Part shown: positions 9,448-18,157 of the stretch, in pieces | Layout: each line of letters opens with the position of its first letter | Position numbering within the stretch: position 1 is the stretch's first letter | NCBI GenBank assembly: GCA_900617105.1 | Contig: UYFQ01000001.1 | Span: 62,001-126,000, forward strand | DNA: 64,000 nt | Source: Hydrurus foetidus | Lineage: Eukaryota | Direction: 5' to 3' | Program-made: the position numbers and the translations under genes | Notes under the pieces: model-generated | What the model was told of the DNA's origin: nothing | The model's database searches: none | The model's input: the letters and a program-made list of their open reading frames with translations, nothing else

Positions 9448-10742
9448 CCGTTCTCGTTTTCATCGGCAGCCTGCTGGCCGCTATGGCGCTGGGGATGCCG
9501 ATTGCCTATTCCCTGTTGGTCTGCGGTGTTTCGCTGATGGCCTTTCTCGCCAGCAACGGCGCACTGCCTGCGTTTGACAGCCAAATCATTGCTCAGCGCT
9601 TTGTTGATGGGGCGGACAACTTCCCGCTGCTGGCTGTGCCGTTTTTCTTACTGGCGGGTGAGTTCATGAACGCGGGGGGGCTCTCGCGCCGCATTGTCAA
9701 CATGGCGATGGCCTGGGTTGGGCACTTTCGGGGGGGCTTGGGTTATGTGGCGGTGATTGCCGCGATCATCATGGCGTCGCTTTCTGGCTCAGCGGTTGCG
9801 GACACGGCGGCCTTGGCTGCCCTGCTGTTGCCTATGATGAAGGCCGCTGGCTACAACATTCCGCGCTCAGCGGGCTTGATCGCGGCAGGCGGCATCATTG
9901 CGCCCGTGATTCCGCCTTCGATTGGGTTCATTATTTTTGGCGTGGCGGCGAATGTGTCGATCACCAAGTTGTTTCTGGCGGGCATTGTGCCGGGCTTGAT
10001 GATGGGCATCGCCATTGGCGCCACATGGTGGTGGGTGGCACGCAAAGAAAACGTGCCGCCTGCGCCCAAGTTAAGCATGGTCGAGCGCCTGCGCATCACC
10101 CGCAATGGCGCGTTGGCATTGGCTTTGCCGGTGGTCATCATCGGGGGCATGAAGATGGGTGTGTTCACCCCAACGGAAGCGGCGGTAGTGGCTGCGGTAT
10201 ACAGCTTTGCCGTGGGTATGTTCGTCTACCGTGAGCTGAAGTGGAAAACGCTGTATGCGTTGATTCTGGCGGCCGGTAAAACAACATCCGTCGTGATGTT
10301 CTTGGTGGCTGCAGCGATGGTCAGCGCGTGGCTGATTACCGTGGCGAACATTCCCACCGAGATCGCCAATTTGATGGAGCCGTTCATGCACAACAAGATA
10401 CTGTTGATGTTCATGATGATGGTGCTGATCGTCATCGTTGGCACGGCACTTGACTTTGCGCCCACCGTGCTGATTCTCACGCCGGTGCTGATGCCTGTGG
10501 TGATCAAAGCGGGTATCGACCCTGTGTACTTTGGTGTGCTGTTCATCATGAACAACGCCATCGGCCTCATCACCCCGCCCGTGGGCACGGTGCTGAACGT
10601 GGTGTGCGGCGTGGCCAAGATCAACATGGACGATTCGTTCAAGGGCGTGCTGCCGTTCTTATTCGCGGAGCTGGCGGTTCTGTTCTTGTTGGTGCTGTTC
10701 CCCGATTTGGTACTGGTGCCGCTGAAGTGGTGGATGAAGTAG
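9444..10742 (+). CDS. TRAP transporter large permease (DctM)
   Basis: FPLLAVPFF, SGSAVAD, IPPSI, TPTEA, TPPVG motifs; hydrophobic. Confidence 0.93.
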   Translation: MTVLVFIGSLLAAMALGMPIAYSLLVCGVSLMAFLASNGALPAFDSQIIAQRFVDGADNFPLLAVPFFLLAGEFMNAGGLSRRIVNMAMAWVGHFRGGLGYVAVIAAIIMASLSGSAVADTAALAALLLPMMKAAGYNIPRSAGLIAAGGIIAPVIPPSIGFIIFGVAANVSITKLFLAGIVPGLMMGIAIGATWWWVARKENVPPAPKLSMVERLRITRNGALALALPVVIIGGMKMGVFTPTEAAVVAAVYSFAVGMFVYRELKWKTLYALILAAGKTTSVVMFLVAAAMVSAWLITVANIPTEIANLMEPFMHNKILLMFMMMVLIVIVGTALDFAPTVLILTPVLMPVVIKAGIDPVYFGVLFIMNNAIGLITPPVGTVLNVVCGVAKINMDDSFKGVLPFLFAELAVLFLLVLFPDLVLVPLKWWMK

Positions 10743-10820
10743 CGAATGGCGCAGTAGAAGGCGCAGTTGGTGAAGTAGTGGATGACAAAGCTTGTTCTGT
10801 TCAATCAAAAGGAGACTCCT

Positions 10821-11837
10821 GTGTTCAAACGAAATACTCTTAAAACAATAGCTGCTTGTGCTCTGTTGGCGTGCGGTGTGGCAACGAATGCCTATGCGCA
10901 GTTCAGTGACCGCACGATTAAGTTCACCAACGGTGTGAACGAAGACCACCCGGTGGGTGCGGGCTACAAAAAAATGCAGGAAATCATCGCCGCAAAGACA
11001 GGTGGCAAGATGAAAATCGTCGCCTTCTGGGGCGGTGCCGCAGGCGGTGATTTGCAGGCCACCCAGGCGCTGCGGGCAGGTACGCAAGAGATGGTGTGTA
11101 CGTCTACCTCCCCTCTGGTGGGTATCGTGAAAGAGCTGGGTGCGTTCGATTTGCCCTTCTTGTTTGCGAATGAAAAAGAAGCTGACGCGGTGCTTGACGG
11201 CCCTGCCGGTGCTTACTTCAACAAGAAGCTGGAAGACGTAGGCCTGGTCAACTTGTCCTACTGGGAAAACGGTTTTCGCAACCTGACCAACAGCAAGCGC
11301 CCGGTCGCCAAAGCCGAGGATTTTGATGGTGTCAAAGTGCGTGTGATGCAAAACAACATCTTCCTGGACACCTTTAAAACCCTGGGCACCAACGCCGTGC
11401 CTATGGCCTTTGGTGAGGTGTTCACCGCACTGGAAACCAAAACCATCGACGGCCAAGAAAACCCGTTCGTGACGATCGAAACCTCCAAATTCAATGAGGT
11501 GCAAAAGTACCTCAGCGTCACCCGCCACGCCTACACGCCGTTCCTGATTTTGTACAGCAAAAAGCTGTGGGACCAGCTCAGTCCGCAAGAGCAATCCGTG
11601 CTGCGTGAAGCCGCGATGGAAGGCCAAAAAGTGCAACGCAGCACCATCCGTGCCCAAAGCGACAAAGCGCTGGCCAGCCTGAAAGCCAAAGGCATGGTTG
11701 TTAACGAAATCAGCCCTGCCGAGCAATTGCGCATGTTCGACAAGGTGAGGCCGGTGTACGACAAAAACATCCCGACCATTGGTGCCGATGCCGTGAATGT
11801 GGTGCTGGATGCGCTTAAAAAGGCCCGCGGAGGCTGA
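10821..11837 (+). CDS. TRAP transporter substrate-binding protein (DctP)
   Basis: Signal peptide, ENGFRN, KVRVM, DGQENP; GTG start after AGGAG. Confidence 0.92.
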   Translation: MFKRNTLKTIAACALLACGVATNAYAQFSDRTIKFTNGVNEDHPVGAGYKKMQEIIAAKTGGKMKIVAFWGGAAGGDLQATQALRAGTQEMVCTSTSPLVGIVKELGAFDLPFLFANEKEADAVLDGPAGAYFNKKLEDVGLVNLSYWENGFRNLTNSKRPVAKAEDFDGVKVRVMQNNIFLDTFKTLGTNAVPMAFGEVFTALETKTIDGQENPFVTIETSKFNEVQKYLSVTRHAYTPFLILYSKKLWDQLSPQEQSVLREAAMEGQKVQRSTIRAQSDKALASLKAKGMVVNEISPAEQLRMFDKVRPVYDKNIPTIGADAVNVVLDALKKARGG

Positions 11838-11840
11838 GCA

Positions 11841-13058
11841 ATGAAAATCACCCAGCTAGAAACCATCCGTCTGGGTGAGTTCCCCAACATCATTTGGGTT
11901 CGCCTGCACACCGACGAAGGGCTGGTCGGTCTGGGTGAAACCTTCATGGGCGCACAGGCTGTGGAGGCACATCTTCATGAATGGGCTGCGCCCAAGTTAT
12001 TGGGCAAAAACCCGCTGGCGATAGAAGCCCGGAACAAAGACCTGCTGGGCTATTTAGGCTGGCGCGGCTCCGGTGTCGAAACACGGGGTAATTCAGCGGT
12101 GGACATCGCCCTGTGGGACATCTTTGGCAAAGCCGCCAACATGCCTGTGCATACCGCACTGGGGGGAGCCAGCCGCGACAACATTCGCACCTACAACACC
12201 TGCGCGGGCTACCAGTACATACGCTCGAACACGAATCAAACCAGTGCTAACTGGGGAATTAATGGTGGCATTGGTGGACAAGGCCAAAGCAAAGGCCCTT
12301 ACGAAGACCTGCAAGGCTTCTTACACCATGCCGACGAACTGGCCGAATCGCTCTTGAGCGAGGGCACCACGGCCATGAAAATTTGGCCATTTGACCCGGC
12401 TGCCGAAGCCTCTGACGGCCAGTACATCAGCGCAGGTGATCTCGATATGGCCCTGGAGCCGTTTCGCAAAATCCGCCAAGCGGTGGGCGACAAGATGGAC
12501 ATCATGGTCGAGTTCCACAGCCTGTGGCGCTTGCCTATGGCGCAAAAGATTGCCCGTGCGCTCAAGGAATTCAACACCTTCTGGCACGAAGACGCGATCC
12601 GCATGGACAGCCTGGATTTGCTCAAGGCCTATGCCAAAGACTGCGATGCGCTCGTCTGTGCCAGCGAAACGCTGAGCTACAAATGGGGCTTCAAAGACTA
12701 CCTGCAAACAGGTGTAGCAGGCGTGGTGATGCTGGATTTAAGCTGGTGCGGTGGCCTGACCGAAGCTCGCAAAATCGCCGGCATGGCCGATGCTTGGCAG
12801 CTGCCTGTGGCCCCGCACGACTGCACTGGGCCGGTGGTGTGGGCCGCCTCGACACACCTTAGCCTGCATGCCCCCAACGCGTTGATCCAGGAATGTGTGC
12901 GGGCGTTTTACACCGGCTGGTACAAAGAGCTGGTGACGGAATTGCCACAGGTCAAGAGCGGCATGATTTCGGTCAATGACAAGCCAGGGCTGGGGTTGGA
13001 ACTGCTGCCAGATTTGCATTTCCGAGCGGATGCGGTTGTGCGGGTGTCCAAGGTTTGA
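11841..13058 (+). CDS. Mandelate racemase/muconate lactonizing (enolase superfamily) enzyme, probable acid-sugar dehydratase
   Basis: TDEGLVGLGE, SAVDIALWD, MKIWP, APHDC motifs. Confidence 0.88.
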   Translation: MKITQLETIRLGEFPNIIWVRLHTDEGLVGLGETFMGAQAVEAHLHEWAAPKLLGKNPLAIEARNKDLLGYLGWRGSGVETRGNSAVDIALWDIFGKAANMPVHTALGGASRDNIRTYNTCAGYQYIRSNTNQTSANWGINGGIGGQGQSKGPYEDLQGFLHHADELAESLLSEGTTAMKIWPFDPAAEASDGQYISAGDLDMALEPFRKIRQAVGDKMDIMVEFHSLWRLPMAQKIARALKEFNTFWHEDAIRMDSLDLLKAYAKDCDALVCASETLSYKWGFKDYLQTGVAGVVMLDLSWCGGLTEARKIAGMADAWQLPVAPHDCTGPVVWAASTHLSLHAPNALIQECVRAFYTGWYKELVTELPQVKSGMISVNDKPGLGLELLPDLHFRADAVVRVSKV

Positions 13059-13109
13059 GGGTACCGCTGACTGCAGAGGTAATTGCAAATTTGATGGTAG
13101 GGTAGCGTT

Positions 13110-13511
13110 ATGACTACATCCCTTTTTACCCCCACATTCACCCAAGTGACGCTTTTCACCGATACCGATGGCTGCGCTAAATTCCGCGAAACACCGTTGC
13201 CGCTGACCGAAGGCTCCCCTGCCGCACGGTTGTCGGCACTGTTTGCCTCTGGTGGGTTTCAACTGCGCCAAAGCCCGGTAGGTTTTCGCAGCCAGTTCCA
13301 CTGCACGGGGGACGCGCAGTGGCTTTTTGTACTGGAAGGACAGATGGAAATTGGCCTGCAAGATGGCAGTTCGCGTATTTTTTCAGCGGGGCAGCATTTT
13401 TATTCCAACGACACTTTGCCCGCAGGGGCGACGTTCGATGCGACTGTTCACGGCCATTGGAGCCGTCAGGTGGGGGATGTGCCGCTGGTGACGTTGTTTG
13501 TGCGAGGATGA
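13110..13511 (+). CDS. Cupin-like hypothetical protein
   Basis: FHCT..QWLFVLEGQMEIGLQDG...GHWS cupin-like metal motifs. Confidence 0.65.
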   Translation: MTTSLFTPTFTQVTLFTDTDGCAKFRETPLPLTEGSPAARLSALFASGGFQLRQSPVGFRSQFHCTGDAQWLFVLEGQMEIGLQDGSSRIFSAGQHFYSNDTLPAGATFDATVHGHWSRQVGDVPLVTLFVRG

Positions 13512-13560
13512 ACGAAGTGCTCAGGGTGCAAGCGCCTCTTGGCGCCTTGAGCGAGGTCTT

Positions 13561-14244
13561 TCAGTCGTCTTGCAACGCACCTGACAGTAGCACTTGCCGC
13601 CCTGGCTTGCCTGCCTGCACTTGGCGAATCAGCGCTTGTGCCACATCGCCTGCGGCCACAGCGCGGTAGTTCACCGGGATCAGTGGTTTGAACATCGCCA
13701 TGGCGGCCAAGCCCAGTTTCTCGCCGCGCCGTGCCGTTTGCCCGGTCGCCGTGCGCGCGCCTGCCAGCAAGGAAGGTCGGGCCAGCACCACGGTGGTGTA
13801 GCCCAACGCGCTGACGGCTTCTTCCATCTGGCCTTTGATGCGGTTGTAGAAAACCAGTGATAACCGGTTCGCACCCATCGCGCTGACGACTCCTAATTGT
13901 GTAGCGCCCAGCACTCGTCCAGCAAGCGCTACAGTCACTACAGCGTCTAAATCGACGGCGCGGAAAGCTGCTTGACTGCCTGCTTGTGCAATCGTGGTGC
14001 CCAACGCAATAAAGACCTCGTCTACCGGGGGCAGAGGAGGCCAATTTGAGGGGTCTGCAAAATCCACCGTGTGCGATGAAATTTTGCAGCCTTTGCGAGG
14101 GGATTTCAGCAGCTCAGGCGACAGAGGTCGTCGCCCGATGCAGTGAACAGCGCTGTAGCGCTTATCGGCCGAAAGTCTTGTTAGGATTTCCCGTCCCACG
14201 AGACCCGTAGCCCCCGCCACCAGAGCGGTTCGCGCCGCCACCAT
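13561..14244 (-). CDS. NAD(P)-binding Rossmann-fold protein (YraR/TIP30-like)
   Basis: [34 protein letters not shown]; likely ATG at 14244, overlapping the 3' end of rhlE. Confidence 0.8.
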   Translation of the reverse strand: MVAARTALVAGATGLVGREILTRLSADKRYSAVHCIGRRPLSPELLKSPRKGCKISSHTVDFADPSNWPPLPPVDEVFIALGTTIAQAGSQAAFRAVDLDAVVTVALAGRVLGATQLGVVSAMGANRLSLVFYNRIKGQMEEAVSALGYTTVVLARPSLLAGARTATGQTARRGEKLGLAAMAMFKPLIPVNYRAVAAGDVAQALIRQVQAGKPGRQVLLSGALQDD

Positions 14245-16075
14245 TTCCACCACCGCCGCCGTAGCCTCCGCCATTGCCGCCTCCTGTGTTGCCATTACCG
14301 CCTCCGTTGCCGCCGCCATAGCCACGTCCGCCGCCGCCTGCACCACCGCCGCCGAAGCTGCGTGCGCCACGGTTGGCGTTGCGGCCACGTTCGGCCATGC
14401 TGTCTACGCTGGTGCGCAGTGGATCAGGAATGTGCTCGATGCCGCTGGGGGCTGGGCGTGGGTTGCTGTTACCGCCACCGTAGCCGCCTTGGCCTCCGCC
14501 ATTGCCGCCACCGTTACCGCGAGCACCGCCACCGTAGCCGCCATTACCACCGTAACCGCCGCCATTGCCTCCGCTGTTAAAGCCCGCTGGGCCACGGGGT
14601 TGGCTGGCGCGGGCAGGGCGATTACCGCCGCCGTTGCCTCCGCCATTACCGCCGCCGTTCCCACCATAGCCGCCAGCGTTGCCGCCTGTATGACCGCCGC
14701 CGTTGCCAGCACCTGCGCTGCGTCCGCCGCCGCCTTGAGGGCGACCACCGCGTCCACCGCCACCGCCATGACCTGCGTCACCGGTCGTGGCTTTCTTCTC
14801 GCGCACGCGCAGCAGCATTTCGCTGCGTGCTGCTTTGGCAGCTGCAGCCATCACATCGCGGCTGGGTGCTTTACCAGCACCGCCCCAAATGGTTTGACGG
14901 CCCATCGCGATGGGTTCGCCCTTTTCGCCTGGCTCAGGGCCGAAGCCTTCGACCATGACGACCTGGATTTCTTGCTTGGTGAAGCGCTCAATGTCTTGCA
15001 TGAAGCCTTCTTCGTCCATGCAAACCAAGCTCACAGCTTCGCCGCTGTTGCCAGCGCGGCCTGTGCGGCCAATGCGGTGAACGTAGTCTTCGCTGACGTT
15101 GGGGATTTCGTAGTTGACGACGTGCGGCAACTCATCAATGTCGATGCCGCGTGCTGCAATATCTGTAGCAACCAGTGCCCTGATTTCGCCGTTTTTGAAG
15201 CCTTGCAGTGCTTGAGTGCGGGCGCTCTGGCTCTTGTTGCCGTGCAGGGCCATCGCCTGGATACCGTTTTTGGTCAAGAACTCAGCCACGTTGTTGGCAC
15301 CGAATTTAGTGCGCGTGAACACCAGCACCTGGCTCCAGTTGTGTTCCTGGATGATGTGCGCCAGCAGGGCTTTCTTTTTAGAACGGCCCACAGGGTGAAT
15401 AGTTTGCGTGATGCGCTGCACCGTGGTGTTGCGTGGCGTGACCTGGATGCTCTGAGGGTTCTTGAGCAAGGTATCGGCCAAATCGCGAATTTCATCGCTG
15501 AAGGTGGCTGAGAACAGCAGGCTTTGTTTGTCTTTGGGCACCACGGCGAGGACTTTTTTCACGTCGTGGATGAAACCCATGTCCAACATGCGGTCAGCTT
15601 CGTCGAGCACCAAAATTTGTACTTGACCCAAATCCAGCATGCCTTGCTGTTGCAAATCGAGCAAACGGCCAGGGGTAGCGACCAAAATATCCACACCGCT
15701 GCGCAGCTTGCTGATTTGCGGGTTCATGCCGACACCGCCAAAAACCACGGTGGATTTGAGTTCCAGGTACTTGCCGTAGGTGCGTACCGATTCTTCGACC
15801 TGTGCGGCCAGTTCACGGGTGGGGGTCAGCACCAGGGCGCGGATGCCGATGCCACCAAATTTGTTTTTCACGCGCTCGCCCACAGCCAGCTTGTGCAGCA
15901 GGGGCAGGGTGAAAGCAGCCGTTTTGCCGGTGCCGGTTTGTGCGCCGCCCAACAGGTCATGGCCTGCGAGAACGGCGGGGATCGCCTGCGCCTGGATGGG
16001 CGTGGGGGTTTCGTAGCCATGCTCAAGCACAGCTTGCAAAATGGCAGGAGCCAGGTTCAATTCAGTAAAGTTCAT
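14162..16075 (-). CDS. rhlE: DEAD-box RNA helicase with long Gly/Asn/Arg-rich tail
   Basis: Q motif, [29 protein letters not shown]. Confidence 0.9.
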   Translation of the reverse strand: MNFTELNLAPAILQAVLEHGYETPTPIQAQAIPAVLAGHDLLGGAQTGTGKTAAFTLPLLHKLAVGERVKNKFGGIGIRALVLTPTRELAAQVEESVRTYGKYLELKSTVVFGGVGMNPQISKLRSGVDILVATPGRLLDLQQQGMLDLGQVQILVLDEADRMLDMGFIHDVKKVLAVVPKDKQSLLFSATFSDEIRDLADTLLKNPQSIQVTPRNTTVQRITQTIHPVGRSKKKALLAHIIQEHNWSQVLVFTRTKFGANNVAEFLTKNGIQAMALHGNKSQSARTQALQGFKNGEIRALVATDIAARGIDIDELPHVVNYEIPNVSEDYVHRIGRTGRAGNSGEAVSLVCMDEEGFMQDIERFTKQEIQVVMVEGFGPEPGEKGEPIAMGRQTIWGGAGKAPSRDVMAAAAKAARSEMLLRVREKKATTGDAGHGGGGGRGGRPQGGGGRSAGAGNGGGHTGGNAGGYGGNGGGNGGGNGGGNRPARASQPRGPAGFNSGGNGGGYGGNGGYGGGARGNGGGNGGGQGGYGGGNSNPRPAPSGIEHIPDPLRTSVDSMAERGRNANRGARSFGGGGAGGGGRGYGGGNGGGNGNTGGGNGGGYGGGGGNGGGANRSGGGGYGSRGTGNPNKTFGR

Positions 16076-16383
16076 AAGTGTGCGCCCGTCCGGGGCGCTG
16101 GGAATCTGCCTGCTGCAATGTCATTGTGACGCTGCGCCAGTGAATGGCAGATAGGGTTCAGAGGTTGGATTTTGCTGAAGAAAACATGTAACAATTAGTC
16201 ACAGTATTAGCGGCAAAATCCCCAGCGTTAGTGCTGGTATTACAGGCAACTGGAGGCTGTAACAGTGTGTATTGTCGCATGACTGGTGGTCAAGCCCGAT
16301 AATCGGGGTTTGCCGCTGTCAATTCTTTCCTGGACAACCCTGGCAGCAGTTCAACCGTTTACCGTTACCACCTCAGACTCAAA

Positions 16384-18045
16384 ATGGCCCAATACGTATT
16401 TACCATGAACCGCGTCGGCAAGATCGTGCCGCCCAAGCGCCACATTCTTAAAGACATCTCTTTGAGTTTTTTCCCCGGTGCCAAAATTGGCGTGCTGGGC
16501 ACCAACGGCTCGGGCAAGTCCACCTTGCTCAAGATCATGGCCGGTTTGGACAAAGAAATTGAAGGCGAAGCCCAACCGATGGCGGGTCTCAACATTGGTT
16601 ATTTGCCCCAAGAGCCCAAGCTTGATCCCACCCAAACCGTGCGCGAAAGTGTGGAATCGGGCATGGGCCGTGTGTTTACCGCTAAAGCCCGTCTGGAAGA
16701 GGTTTACACCGCCTACGGCGAAGAAGACGCTGACTTTGATGCGCTGGCCACTGAGCAGGCTCAGTTGGAAGCCATCATCGCTACCGCAGGCACCGATTCT
16801 GAGCACCAGCTGGAAATCGCCGCCGACGCGCTGCGCTTGCCTCCGTGGGACGCTGTGATTGGCGTGCTCTCTGGCGGTGAAAAGCGCCGCGTTGCGCTTT
16901 GCACGTTGCTGCTTTCCAAGCCAGATATGCTGCTGCTTGATGAGCCCACCAACCACTTGGACGCTGAATCGGTGGATTGGCTGGAGCAGTTTTTGCTGCG
17001 TTATTCAGGCACCGTGGTGGCCATCACCCATGATCGTTACTTCCTCGACAACGCCGCAGAGTGGATTTTGGAGCTCGACCGAGGCGCTGGCATCCCTTAC
17101 AAGGGCAACTACAGCGACTGGTTGACGCAAAAGCAAGCCCGTTTGGAGCAAGAAAACAAGGGTGAAGAAGCCCGCGCCAAGGCCTTGAAAAAGGAATTGG
17201 AATGGTCACGCCAAAACCCTAAAGCCCGTCAAGCCAAGAGCAAGGCCCGTTTGGCCCGCTTTGAAGAGCTGTCGGATTTTGAATACCAAAAGCGCAACGA
17301 GACGAACGAAATCTTCATTCCCGTGGCCGAGCGCCTAGGTCATGAAGTGATTGAGTTCACCAATGTCACCAAATCCTTTGGCGATCGCGTGCTGATTGAC
17401 GACCTGAGCTTCAAGATTCCTGCTGGTGCCATTGTCGGCATCATTGGCCCCAACGGCGCGGGTAAATCCACGCTGTTCAAGATGATTGCAGGCCGGGAAA
17501 AGGCGGATTCTGGTGAAGTCAAAATCGGCTCCACCGTGAAGATGGCCTTCGTTGACCAGCATCGTGACGATTTGGCGAACGAAAAAACTGTGTGGGAAGA
17601 CGTATCCGGCGGGCTGGACATCCTGAACGTGGGCAAGTTCCAAATGGCCAGCCGTGCTTACTGTGGCCGCTTCAATTTCAACGGCGCAGACCAGCAAAAG
17701 CGTGTGGGCACCTTGTCCGGTGGTGAGCGCGGGCGCTTGCATTTGGCCAAGACCTTGATCGCAGGCGGCAACGTGCTGATGCTCGATGAGCCTTCCAACG
17801 ATCTGGATGTGGAAACCCTGCGGGCGTTGGAAGACGCTTTGCTGGAATTCGCTGGCACGCTGATGGTCATCAGCCATGACCGCTGGTTCCTTGACCGCAT
17901 TGCCACCCACATCTTGGCCTGCGAAGGCGACAGCCATTGGACGTTCTATGACGGCAACTACCAAGAGTACGAAGCCGACAAGAAGAAGCGTCTTGGCGAA
18001 GAGGGTGCTAAGCCTAAGCGGATGCGTTATAAAGCGTTGAAGTAA
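16384..18045 (+). CDS. ettA: Energy-dependent translational throttle protein (ABC-F)
   Basis: MAQYVFTMNRVGKIVPPKRHILKDISLSFFPGAKIG N-terminus, two ABC cassettes. Confidence 0.95.
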   Translation: MAQYVFTMNRVGKIVPPKRHILKDISLSFFPGAKIGVLGTNGSGKSTLLKIMAGLDKEIEGEAQPMAGLNIGYLPQEPKLDPTQTVRESVESGMGRVFTAKARLEEVYTAYGEEDADFDALATEQAQLEAIIATAGTDSEHQLEIAADALRLPPWDAVIGVLSGGEKRRVALCTLLLSKPDMLLLDEPTNHLDAESVDWLEQFLLRYSGTVVAITHDRYFLDNAAEWILELDRGAGIPYKGNYSDWLTQKQARLEQENKGEEARAKALKKELEWSRQNPKARQAKSKARLARFEELSDFEYQKRNETNEIFIPVAERLGHEVIEFTNVTKSFGDRVLIDDLSFKIPAGAIVGIIGPNGAGKSTLFKMIAGREKADSGEVKIGSTVKMAFVDQHRDDLANEKTVWEDVSGGLDILNVGKFQMASRAYCGRFNFNGADQQKRVGTLSGGERGRLHLAKTLIAGGNVLMLDEPSNDLDVETLRALEDALLEFAGTLMVISHDRWFLDRIATHILACEGDSHWTFYDGNYQEYEADKKKRLGEEGAKPKRMRYKALK

Positions 18046-18157
18046 AGTATTTGAAATAATCCGTTACATAAAACGCTGAAATCAAGCGTTGAAGCCAGAC
18101 TTTGCATATCGAGGGGGCGCCCGTGGGGGTGAGTAATTCAAAATAACGAGATTTTCC

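Noticed and set aside
14245..14388. Ala-rich N-terminal extension of the oxidoreductase ORF
   Set aside because: Alternative-frame reading of the rhlE tail; the domain starts at [11 protein letters not shown].
14432..15511. 359-aa Ala/Thr-rich plus-strand ORF
   Set aside because: Antisense shadow of the Gly-rich rhlE repeats.
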